64,000 nt of DNA from an uncultured bacterium (GTDB lineage: Bacteria > Zixibacteria > MSB-5A5 > UBA10806): positions 6,180-70,179 of the forward strand of contig CBEWDL010000001.1 of assembly GCA_965555375.1 (NCBI GenBank), read 5' to 3'. Below the pieces are notes generated by a model, which saw only the letters and a program-made list of their open reading frames with translations, was not told the origin of the DNA and did no database searches. Both the position numbers and the translations under genes were made by a program. Shown one piece after another: positions 1 through 8,356 of the stretch. Within the stretch, counting starts at the first letter, position 1. Each line of letters begins with the position of its first letter.

Positions 1-2
1 AT

Positions 3-707
3 GCATTAAACCATGAGACCATCGCCGAACTCGATCATTGCTTCACCGCTATTGCCGATGATGATAGCGTTCTATGCCTTATCCTGACCGGTGGCGGCGA
101 AAAATCGTTCGTGGCTGGCGCCGATATAAATGAACTGGTCGTTGCCGATCTCGTCTCCGGCCGGGCCAATAGCGATCGGGGACAGGCGTTGCTATTCAAA
201 ATAGAAAATCTGCCGCAGCCGGTTATAGCGGCGGTCAATGGTTTCGCTCTTGGAGGTGGATGCGAAATTGCTCTGGCATGCGATATCAGGCTGGCATCGG
301 AAAAGGCCAAGATCGGGCAGCCGGAGGTGAGCCTCGGCGTCATACCGGGCTACGGCGGCACGCAGCGGCTGTCCCGGCTGGTGGGCCGCGGCAAGGCCAA
401 GCAAATGATACTCACCGGCGACCATATCAACGCCGGTGAGGCGCTCCGGATCGGTCTGGTGGATGAGGTTTACCCTCCTGAAGAACTGATGGCCAAAGCC
501 AGAGAGATGGCCCGGAAGATAGCATCCAAAGGCCCCCTGGCAATCAAGGCCGCCAAGGAGGCGATCAATCTCGGCCTCGATGTCGATCTGAAATCCGGCT
601 GCGAGCATGAGGCGGCGCTGTTCGCGGGGGTTTGCGCCTCCGAGGATAAAACCGAGGGGATGAAAGCATTTCTGGAAAAAAGAAAGGCGGAGTTTAAGGG
701 GAGGTAG
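3..707 (+). CDS. Enoyl-CoA hydratase/isomerase (crotonase) family protein. N-terminus lies upstream of the window; the reading frame is open from base 3
   Basis: Frame continuous from window edge (ALNHETIAELDHCF...). Crotonase fold motifs present: AAVNGFALGGGCEIALACDIRLA and GVIPGYGGTQRL. Confidence 0.8.
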   Translation, partial: ALNHETIAELDHCFTAIADDDSVLCLILTGGGEKSFVAGADINELVVADLVSGRANSDRGQALLFKIENLPQPVIAAVNGFALGGGCEIALACDIRLASEKAKIGQPEVSLGVIPGYGGTQRLSRLVGRGKAKQMILTGDHINAGEALRIGLVDEVYPPEELMAKAREMARKIASKGPLAIKAAKEAINLGLDVDLKSGCEHEAALFAGVCASEDKTEGMKAFLEKRKAEFKGR

Positions 708-770
708 TGAGCCTTTTGCTGCTTCTCTAAGGAGCGCCTGAGATACAAAATAATAACAGAGGGGGAGTTA

Positions 771-1010
771 ATGGAGGAGTATTCAGACGAGAGACAGGAG
801 GTCAACCCGCTGGCCCTGGGGGCGGCATACCTCGATTATTGTGTCAGACAGGGATGGCTGACCAAGACAGGCGAGGGTGAAAAGGCTCAGTACAACTTGA
901 CTCCCGACGGTGAGAAGAAGCTGGCCGATGTTCCTTTCAATTTCGATCTTTCAAAGCTGGCCAAAAAGGGAGAGGAACCGATACGGCGGAGAAGACGTCG
1001 GAGATCGTAA
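771..1010 (+). CDS. Small hypothetical protein (79 aa) with C-terminal poly-Arg tail (RRRRRRRS)
   Basis: ORF with RBS-like GAGGGGGAG upstream. N-terminal part has a winged-helix-like pattern. No family recognised. Confidence 0.4.
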   Translation: MEEYSDERQEVNPLALGAAYLDYCVRQGWLTKTGEGEKAQYNLTPDGEKKLADVPFNFDLSKLAKKGEEPIRRRRRRRS

Positions 1011-1068
1011 GCGCGACCGGTCGAGGACCAGACCTCCGACGGGGAGGGTATGTTTTCGGCATATCAGG

Positions 1069-1096
1069 CGTCGCTGTTATTTTGTCAGCGTTTTTT
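1069..1096 (+). terminator. Candidate rho-independent terminator
   Basis: Short GC stem CGCTG/CAGCG with a 9-nt loop followed by TTTTTT, just after the 771-1010 ORF. Confidence 0.35.
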
Positions 1097-1126
1097 AGAG
1101 CGGAATAGTGTCGATCGAGGGATATT

Positions 1127-1939
1127 ATGAAATGGATCGCCAATTTCTTCAGTGACCTCGGCGGAAGCCTGGTGGGCGGGGATTTCTACGGGAAGGCGAT
1201 TTCCTATTCCGCTTCCCGATGCTGGAGATTTCTGCTGACGTTTCTTTTCATAATATCTTTAATTCACGCCATTCACTATGCGGGGTTCATATCCGGATAC
1301 CATCAAAAGGTTGTCGATCTTTTTGAAGATAACAATTATAGAGTCGTATTCGAGGAAGGTGTTATAACGAATACACCCGCAAATCCCAGATTCATACCAT
1401 TCGAAGGTGACACCATGGTCGTCTGGGAGTGGATACGAGGATGGTCGGATGCTGACAGCCTCAAGGAATTGCATCCCGATATAAATGTATATATCGGGCC
1501 AAGAGGCGTTTTCAGGCATGGAGGCTATTCTCCATACTATAGAGAATATCCTCAGGATTTGACGTTGACCATTGATTCCGATTATCTGATGGGACTGAAG
1601 AAATCTTACGGCTGGGTCGTCTTTCTGTTTTTGTCTCTTATATTGTTTATTGTCTCGATTTTCTGGTCTGCGATCGTAATTTTGATTTTTATTGCGCCGG
1701 TGATGGCGATAAAATTCTCCAGGATCGGTCTCAAATTCAGCGGCATCTGGAAGCTGGGAATGTTTCTGGTGAGTTATCATTTGATTCTTCTTACTATAAT
1801 CACGCTGTATAACGTTAAGATTCCCTATCTCTGGGTATATAATTTTCCTTTATATATTCTCGTAATAGCGCTGCTGGTCAGGATAAAGCCGGAAGATTTG
1901 AGTCCTGAAATAAAAACCGGGAATAGATTTGTCCGATGA
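1127..1939 (+). CDS. Polytopic membrane protein, hypothetical (possibly DUF1189-like)
   Basis: 270 aa. Several hydrophobic segments flank a central hydrophilic domain. Family assignment is from memory only. Confidence 0.55.
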   Translation: MKWIANFFSDLGGSLVGGDFYGKAISYSASRCWRFLLTFLFIISLIHAIHYAGFISGYHQKVVDLFEDNNYRVVFEEGVITNTPANPRFIPFEGDTMVVWEWIRGWSDADSLKELHPDINVYIGPRGVFRHGGYSPYYREYPQDLTLTIDSDYLMGLKKSYGWVVFLFLSLILFIVSIFWSAIVILIFIAPVMAIKFSRIGLKFSGIWKLGMFLVSYHLILLTIITLYNVKIPYLWVYNFPLYILVIALLVRIKPEDLSPEIKTGNRFVR

Positions 1940-2071
1940 TTGGCATCCCCGCGGTTTTTCCAGAGAATCTGGTCCTGTCGATAATAGCGGCGAATATTAA
2001 GGACAAAGATTTTTCCAATGTTCGGGTAGATTTGATTCACTGACAAATCTGAGATAGCGACCGAGGAGAAA

Positions 2072-3346
2072 ATGGGTCTGACAATAGCGCAGAAAATTAT
2101 AGCTGACCATGCCGGGCTTGACAGGGTAGAGCCCGGGGAGATAGTCACTGTTCCGGTTGATATCGCCATGGCCAATGAGCTTTCGGCGGCGCTTTCCATA
2201 AAGGAATTGGGCAAGTGGGGAGTGGATCGCCTGTTCGATCCAGGTAAGGTCAGCCTGATACCAGATCATTTCACACCCGCAAAAGATATAAATGCAGCGG
2301 GCATCACAAAATTAGTCAGAGATTTTGCGAAAAAGCATAATGTTAAATGGTATTTCGAGGTCGGCCGGGCCGGAATTGAGCATGCAGTGCTGCCATTAGA
2401 AGGCGTAATTCTTCCCGGTCAGATTATGATCGGGGGCGATTCGCATACCTGTACTGCCGGGGCCATCAACTGTTTTGCCACCGGCATGGGATCAACCGAT
2501 ATCGCCTGCGCCTGGGCCACTGGCGAGGTCTGGCTGAAGGTGCCGCAATCGGCCAGGCTTACATATTCAGGCAAGCTCAAGCCCCATGTCTATGGTAAGG
2601 ATCTGATTCTTTATACTTTGAAGGATCTGACCACCTCCGGAGCGACATATATGTCCATTGAATATCACGGAGATGTCTTCGATCATTTGCCCATGGCCGA
2701 TAGATTCGCCATGGCCAACATGGCTATCGAAGCTGGAGCCAAAACAGGCATTTTCAATTTCGATAAGAAAACCAGGGAGCTGGTGGAATCGACGCCCAGA
2801 TTCAAATCCGAAAAGCCGGCATACAAGACTTATACTGCAGACGATGACGCTGAATATATGCTTGAGAGAAATTATGATGTATCAGATATCGAACCGCAGG
2901 TAGCCTGTCCGTATTCTCCTGATAACGTCAGGCCGGTATCGGAGGTTGGCGACGTGAAGATCGATCAGGTCGTAATCGGAACCTGCACAAATGGATGGCT
3001 GGAAGATATGATCCGGGCGGCGGAGGTATTCAAGGGGAAAAAGGTTCACCGTGATGTTCGCGTTATCGTGATACCGGGTTCTCAGGCAATCGCCAGGAAA
3101 GCGTTTGAATCAGGCATTCCGCAGATTTTTATCGATGCCGGCTGCGTTTTTTCGACATCGACCTGCGGGCCCTGTATAGGGGGGCATATGGGCGTTCTGG
3201 GCGACAACGAGGTCTGCGTCTCCACGACCAACCGGAATTTCACCGGTAGAATGGGACATATAACATCGAAAGTATACCTGACCAACCCGGCAGTGGCGGC
3301 GGCTTCCGCCATAATGGGGCGAGTAGGTTCACCTGATGAATTATAG
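2072..3346 (+). CDS. leuC: 3-isopropylmalate dehydratase / homoaconitase large subunit, archaeal type (aconitase family)
   Basis: 424 aa. Motifs GGDSHTCTAGA, VIGTCTNG and STSTCGPCIGG (Fe-S ligands). leuD and leuB lie downstream. Confidence 0.9.
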   Translation: MGLTIAQKIIADHAGLDRVEPGEIVTVPVDIAMANELSAALSIKELGKWGVDRLFDPGKVSLIPDHFTPAKDINAAGITKLVRDFAKKHNVKWYFEVGRAGIEHAVLPLEGVILPGQIMIGGDSHTCTAGAINCFATGMGSTDIACAWATGEVWLKVPQSARLTYSGKLKPHVYGKDLILYTLKDLTTSGATYMSIEYHGDVFDHLPMADRFAMANMAIEAGAKTGIFNFDKKTRELVESTPRFKSEKPAYKTYTADDDAEYMLERNYDVSDIEPQVACPYSPDNVRPVSEVGDVKIDQVVIGTCTNGWLEDMIRAAEVFKGKKVHRDVRVIVIPGSQAIARKAFESGIPQIFIDAGCVFSTSTCGPCIGGHMGVLGDNEVCVSTTNRNFTGRMGHITSKVYLTNPAVAAASAIMGRVGSPDEL

Positions 3347-3364
3347 ATATCAGGCTTTATCCGG

Positions 3365-4366
3365 ATGAAAGTGGCTGTAACAGGAGCCGGGGGATACCTG
3401 GGAAGAGCGCTCGTTTATCGACTGCTCGCTTCAGGATTTGAACCGTTCGCTATAGTCAAGAAAGAATCCGATGCCCGGGAGTATGAGGAAAAAGGAGTTA
3501 ATTCGATATGCTGCGACCTTTCGAATGAGAACGACTACGCCGGCCTATTCGATGGCTGCAAGGCCCTGGTGCATTGCGCGGCATTGAGGCGGGATTACGG
3601 ACGGTGGGAGGATTTCAAAAGAACGAATATCGATATTACACGTCTGGTAATGGAATGCGCATTAGATGAGAAGCTCGAAAAGGTCATTCATATCTCCACG
3701 ACATCGGTGTATGGCAACGACCGAAGCCATTACGGGACAGACGAAGAAGCCGATTATGGCGAAAGAGTGGTGGACCATTACACGCGCTCCAAAATCGAGG
3801 CCGACAAGATCGTTTCCAGCTTCATGGAAAACAAGAATTTCCCCGGTGTGATTCTTCGTCCCGGATATATCTGGGGCCCCGGCGACCAAACCATAATCCC
3901 TTTCATTGTGAAGAGATTAAAATCGAGAAGGCTGATGCTGGTGGAAGACGGTGAGAATCTGCTTTCCCTGACTTTCATAGACAACGTGGTGGAAGCGATC
4001 ATGCTGGCGCTGAAGAAGAAAGAAGCAACCGGGCGGATTTTCAACATTACCGATGGTTCCAAGGTGACATTGAGACGGTTTGTTAACGATATAATGTCCG
4101 TGCTGGGAATAGAGCTGAACCTTAAGGCTATACCGTATCCGTTGATATATTCGATGGCATATTTGCTGGAGCGTTATTATGGAGCTATGCGGAGATCGAC
4201 TCCGCCGCCTTATACACGGTTTGCGGCGAGATTTCTAAAGTATAGCGCGATCTTTGATATCTCCCGGGCCATATACGATCTCGGTTACCAGCCAAAGATC
4301 TCATATAAGGCCGGAATGACATTATTGACTCCATATTTGCGGTCGCTTTATTACGGCAGTAAATAA
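3365..4366 (+). CDS. NAD(P)-dependent epimerase/dehydratase (extended SDR) family protein
   Basis: N-terminal Rossmann motif VAVTGAGGYLGRALV. YxxxK present (YTRSK). 333 aa. Sits between leuC and leuD. Confidence 0.8.
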   Translation: MKVAVTGAGGYLGRALVYRLLASGFEPFAIVKKESDAREYEEKGVNSICCDLSNENDYAGLFDGCKALVHCAALRRDYGRWEDFKRTNIDITRLVMECALDEKLEKVIHISTTSVYGNDRSHYGTDEEADYGERVVDHYTRSKIEADKIVSSFMENKNFPGVILRPGYIWGPGDQTIIPFIVKRLKSRRLMLVEDGENLLSLTFIDNVVEAIMLALKKKEATGRIFNITDGSKVTLRRFVNDIMSVLGIELNLKAIPYPLIYSMAYLLERYYGAMRRSTPPPYTRFAARFLKYSAIFDISRAIYDLGYQPKISYKAGMTLLTPYLRSLYYGSK

Positions 4367-4383
4367 CAGGTTGGGGAGGATAG

Positions 4384-4881
4384 ATGAAGCTTTCGGGGAA
4401 GGTTTACAGGATGGAGGATAACATTAATACCGATGTTATTCTGCCGGGTCGATGGTGCCATTTGACCGATGAAGCCGAGCTGGCCAAACACTGTATGGAG
4501 GATTATGACGGCGATTTCCCCAAGAAGGTTAAGCCTGGTGATATCATAGTGGCCGATGAGAATTTTGGCTGCGGGTCATCGCGGGAGGTGGCCCCGCTTT
4601 CGATCAAGGCGGTCGGAATTTCAGCGGTGGTGGCCAGATCCTTCGCCCGGATATTCTACAGAAACAGCATAAATATCGGATTGCCGATATTCGAATCGCC
4701 GGAGTGTGTCGACGCCACCGAGGCGGGTGACGAGCTTCAGATAGACATTTTCGGCGGAAAGATTGTCAATATAACTAAGGGCAAGGAATTCACATTCGCG
4801 CCGTTTCCGCCTTTTATGAAGACCATCATCGAGAAAGGCGGTCTCAAAGGTTGGGTGCTGGAGAAGGTGGGGAAAGTTTAG
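4384..4881 (+). CDS. leuD: 3-isopropylmalate dehydratase small subunit, archaeal type
   Basis: 165 aa. NINTDVILPGRW and GCGSSRE motifs typical of LeuD / aconitase swivel domain. Confidence 0.85.
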   Translation: MKLSGKVYRMEDNINTDVILPGRWCHLTDEAELAKHCMEDYDGDFPKKVKPGDIIVADENFGCGSSREVAPLSIKAVGISAVVARSFARIFYRNSINIGLPIFESPECVDATEAGDELQIDIFGGKIVNITKGKEFTFAPFPPFMKTIIEKGGLKGWVLEKVGKV

Positions 4882-4987
4882 GAGAAGTAGGGCAGGGCTC
4901 TCTTTGTGCTGCCACCCGGGATTTTGGCAGGAGCGGCGGATCCTACCCTGCAAGGAATAGAGTGTAACTAAAATATTCGGTGATCCT

Positions 4988-6106
4988 ATGCTGATTATTG
5001 ACATTAAACTTATCTTGGATGACGAAACCATAGTAGGTGACAAAGCTGTAGTTAAATACTTCAAGAATGGCGAACCGCAAGAGACCTTACATAAACACTT
5101 TCCGGGAGTTCTTTATGTGGAAGAAACCGCCGATTATAATATTACGACAAGAAATATAGATATGATGAAAAAGCTATATTTGCATCATGATATTGAAGGA
5201 AAGAATGAAATCAAAACTGCGTTGTCGAAGACCTTTTCCTATCAGAAAGGTTTTTATCATGAAATCAACTATTTTGCATTTGCAGTATTGCTTGTCATAG
5301 ATAAGAATACAGCATTAGATAAATTAGAAGCTGAATTTGTCTTGGATTCAGCGTATGCGGATACGCTTCATGTTTTGGGATTAATATTGATTTTTAAGCA
5401 TGATCATTTTGAAGCAAAGGACATTAGCAGATTAAAAGCTTTTCTAACAAGAATACAGAAGCAAATAGAGCCTCATGGGGATCCAACACTACCAATTCCA
5501 CATGGGCGCCGTCTGGAAGGAGAGGATAGATCGCGAATATTCGTAACAGGTTCCAATATTCATATAAGATCATTCAAGTATTCTATAATTCCAAATATCA
5601 TTAGAACGATACATGAGATTGAATATGGTCAACTAGGGAAATTTCTTGAAGGGATAAATTATGAGATTAATTCTGACAGAATTGCCCTTATCAGCAGAAT
5701 GGACGAACTTGAATTTCCTGAGGATGCTAAAAAATCCCTAGATGAAATTGATAAAATATATTTCGGCTCTCCAGATAAATTTGAATGTAAGAGTTGTATG
5801 GGTCTTATACGGACCTTTTTTGAGGAAATATTCAGAGAATTGGTACAAGGTTTGAGTAAGATCACGGGCAAACCATATGAATCTGAAAGTGATAGATTCA
5901 GCAATAGAAGAAAATATTTGCTGGGAATCGATTTTATAAATAATGACGAGGCAGAATTTTATCAACGATATTACAATCTCGTATCTAACGAGGGAATTCA
6001 CAGTTTGACGTCTAAACGTGAATATGTTAGAATTAGTCGCAATATGGCTATTGAATTAGGTTTGCTATTGTTAAATAGGTATAATGAGTATAAGAAGAAT
6101 GGTTAG
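4988..6106 (+). CDS. Low-GC ORFan (372 aa), no TM segments. C-terminal ~110 aa resemble a DUF4145-type helical domain. Candidate horizontally acquired defence/Abi-like gene
   Basis: GC visibly lower (~35%) than flanking leuD and leuB (~50-55%). Long uninterrupted ORF between leuD and leuB. No recognisable catalytic motif. Confidence 0.6.
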   Translation: MLIIDIKLILDDETIVGDKAVVKYFKNGEPQETLHKHFPGVLYVEETADYNITTRNIDMMKKLYLHHDIEGKNEIKTALSKTFSYQKGFYHEINYFAFAVLLVIDKNTALDKLEAEFVLDSAYADTLHVLGLILIFKHDHFEAKDISRLKAFLTRIQKQIEPHGDPTLPIPHGRRLEGEDRSRIFVTGSNIHIRSFKYSIIPNIIRTIHEIEYGQLGKFLEGINYEINSDRIALISRMDELEFPEDAKKSLDEIDKIYFGSPDKFECKSCMGLIRTFFEEIFRELVQGLSKITGKPYESESDRFSNRRKYLLGIDFINNDEAEFYQRYYNLVSNEGIHSLTSKREYVRISRNMAIELGLLLLNRYNEYKKNG

Positions 6107-6135
6107 TAGATTATTGCTTATAGAATGGGAGACTC

Positions 6136-7191
6136 ATGTATAAAATCGCGGTGATAGGGGGCGACGGTATCGGCCCCGAGGTAACTAAAGAAGCGTTGAA
6201 GGTGCTGAAAAAGGCCTCGGAGCTTTACGGATTCAGCTATGAGACAAAGGAATTTCCCTTCGGCTCGGAGCATTATCTAAAGACGGGCGAGTTGATGCCC
6301 GATTCGGTTTATTCGGAGTACAGAGATCACGATGCAATACTATTAGGCGCCATCGGCGATCCGCGTGTGGAGGTCGGCCTGGTGGAGCGGGCCGTTATCG
6401 CCGGCATCAGGTTCAATCTCGATCTATATGTAAACCTGCGGCCCATCAGGCTGTATGCGGAATCTTTATGTCCCATAAAAGATAAGAGATGCGAGGATGT
6501 CGATCTGGTGGTGGTGCGCGAGAATACCGAGGATGTCTATACCGGCATAGGCGGCATAATGAAGAAGGGGACTCCGGATGAGGTTGCCATAGCAAATATG
6601 GTCTTCACGCGTAAAGGATGCGAGCGTGCAGTGCGTTACGCCTTCGAGATTGCGAAAGCCCGTAATAAGGATAATAAGGTAACTCTTGTCGATAAGGCCA
6701 ACGCCATCCGCGCCCAGGATATATGGACCCGCACCGTGGAGGAGGTCGGCAGAGAATATCCCGATATAACTCACGATCATGCCTATATCGATGCCGCCTG
6801 CATGTGGATGGTGAAAAACCCGGAATGGTTCGACGTGGTCGTGACCACCAATATATTCGGCGATATCTTTACTGATCTGGGCGCCATGGTTCAGGGCGGC
6901 ATGGGGATCGCCGCCTCCGGGAATATCCATCCCGGGCAGGTCTCCATGTTCGAACCGATCCATGGATCGGCTCCGAAATACAAAGACAAAAACGTCGCCT
7001 GCCCCATAGCGGCTATCATGGCCGCTCAGATGATGCTCGACTTCCTCGGTGAGAAAAAGGCGGCTGCGGCTATCGAGGATGCGGTTACATCGCTCCTGCA
7101 ATCTGGCCGCATCAAATCCCTCGACGCCAGATCCGGGATATCGACATCAGAGATGGGCGATATGGTGGTGGTGGAATTAAAGGGAGAGTAG
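6136..7191 (+). CDS. leuB: 3-isopropylmalate dehydrogenase (isocitrate/isopropylmalate dehydrogenase family; homoisocitrate dehydrogenase not excluded)
   Basis: 351 aa. N-terminal [23 protein letters not shown] upstream. Context with leuC/leuD. Confidence 0.85.
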   Translation: MYKIAVIGGDGIGPEVTKEALKVLKKASELYGFSYETKEFPFGSEHYLKTGELMPDSVYSEYRDHDAILLGAIGDPRVEVGLVERAVIAGIRFNLDLYVNLRPIRLYAESLCPIKDKRCEDVDLVVVRENTEDVYTGIGGIMKKGTPDEVAIANMVFTRKGCERAVRYAFEIAKARNKDNKVTLVDKANAIRAQDIWTRTVEEVGREYPDITHDHAYIDAACMWMVKNPEWFDVVVTTNIFGDIFTDLGAMVQGGMGIAASGNIHPGQVSMFEPIHGSAPKYKDKNVACPIAAIMAAQMMLDFLGEKKAAAAIEDAVTSLLQSGRIKSLDARSGISTSEMGDMVVVELKGE

Positions 7192-7240
7192 CATCGAATG
7201 TGGCATGCTTTTCCGCAGAATAAGCATGTTTAATTTCGCG

Positions 7241-7264
7241 CTGGCAGGAACCCTTTCCTGCCAG
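7241..7264. repeat. REP-like hairpin, inverted-orientation relative of the REP family near the RAYT gene
   Basis: CTGGCAGGAA-CCCT-TTCCTGCCAG, a 10-bp perfect stem. Core differs from the reverse complement of the REP core (GTCAGGAA-AGGG-TTCCTGAC) by a single stem base pair. Confidence 0.5.
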
Positions 7265-7323
7265 CATAAAGCGTCGGGAAGGGTCTACGACTCCTACGAG
7301 ATTCCCGACGGTGCCGTTAAAAA

Positions 7324-7887
7324 ATGAGCAGGATAAGATTAGAATTTTTCCTTCTGACTTCGTTTTTTATCATAACGCGTTTCTGGGACATAGCGGCAAC
7401 CTATTTCGTAACACCAAACCTGGAAAGGGAAACCAATCCTATAGTCTCGATATTCGGGCAGGGATGGATTGCGGTTATAATCATTCAGGCGCTACTGATG
7501 TCTGTGATAATCACTCTTAACTACTATAGCCTGTTTAAGATAGCAGCCAGCTATCCCTCACAGAGGGGCTGTTCATTTAAGGAATTTATAGCCTGTTATT
7601 ATTTTGGTGAAAAGCAGAACTTGATCAAAATGCTATATAGATTTCCTAAGAATAGAAATGTTTTAATAAGAGCGCTGGGCTATATTTTGCCAAGGGCCCT
7701 GATCGTGATCAGTATTTTCATATCCATGTCTTCGACTCTCTTAATTGTGAATGATGATTACCGTGAATTCTACGCTGTGGTAAAACCGTATTATTATATA
7801 GTTTTGATTGCGATTGTCTTTGTGTTCTGTATACTGTTTTTTAAAAGAGAATATGCACATTACCAGAAATCTCTTATGGATGAATAA
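7324..7887 (+). CDS. Low-GC hypothetical membrane protein (187 aa, about 4 TM segments)
   Basis: GC about 38%. Hydrophobic segments. No family recognised. Confidence 0.5.
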   Translation: MSRIRLEFFLLTSFFIITRFWDIAATYFVTPNLERETNPIVSIFGQGWIAVIIIQALLMSVIITLNYYSLFKIAASYPSQRGCSFKEFIACYYFGEKQNLIKMLYRFPKNRNVLIRALGYILPRALIVISIFISMSSTLLIVNDDYREFYAVVKPYYYIVLIAIVFVFCILFFKREYAHYQKSLMDE

Positions 7888-7936
7888 TATCGTCATTGCT
7901 CGATACCAGATTGATAGCCTGGCATATTATATTGCT

Positions 7937-8000
7937 CCGTCAGGTCGTAGCATCGTGTGAGCTGATGGTTTTTTAGCGGTCATGGCAAGCCATGACTCGC
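7937..8000. repeat. Composite repeat relic: degenerate long-loop REP (CCGTCAGG...CTGATGG) followed by hairpin-2 element GCGGTCATGGCAAGCCATGACTCGC
   Basis: Left arm and internal TCGTAG motif shared with REP copies at 10246 and 46046. Hairpin-2 recurs at 46869 with a compensatory stem change. Confidence 0.4.
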
Positions 8001-8285
8001 GTATGCGAAAAGGCGGGTCACGGCCTGCAGACTATGACTTGGCTTGATTTTTTTAATTGTAGGGACAGACCTTTAGGTGGCGTCATAAGTTACTTTTGAT
8101 GCATTCACCTTTTTGTGTCGGAAGTAACTTCCGACAGCACGGAAAGCATGTCACCTCTAAAGGGCGTATTTCAATACGCCCCTACGGGAATCGTCAGGAG
8201 CACGGGGCTCTGACCTGCGGGCTGGTTGTCGGGGGATAAACCCCCGATCTACTGGTACTACAATAGCCGCAGCCCGCAAAATTGG

Positions 8286-8313
8286 TTGACTTTCGTGACG
8301 AAATGAATAAATT
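8286..8313 (+). promoter_or_regulatory. Candidate sigma70-type promoter for the 8357 gene
   Basis: TTGACT, 16-nt spacer, TAAATT. About 43 nt upstream of the ATG, with RBS AAAGAGGA. Confidence 0.3.
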
Positions 8314-8356
8314 GAGAAATTTGCACGAGGGCGAATACCGCGGATAAAGAGGACTG

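Noticed and set aside
192-608. 138-aa minus-strand ORF
   Set aside because: Lies fully antisense inside the crotonase gene, which has clear family motifs. Typical spurious antisense frame in GC-balanced DNA.
6466-7101. 211-aa minus-strand ORF
   Set aside because: Antisense to leuB. His/Gly-rich low-complexity translation. leuB has the strong family signature.
7888-8356. Possible tRNA, hammerhead ribozyme or known riboswitch in the long non-coding region
   Set aside because: No tRNA T-loop (GGTTCGAATCC-like) or cloverleaf is present. CTGATGG...CGAAAAG lacks the CUGAUGA hammerhead core. No TPP, SAM or cobalamin consensus boxes seen. Kept only as an unclassified structured region.
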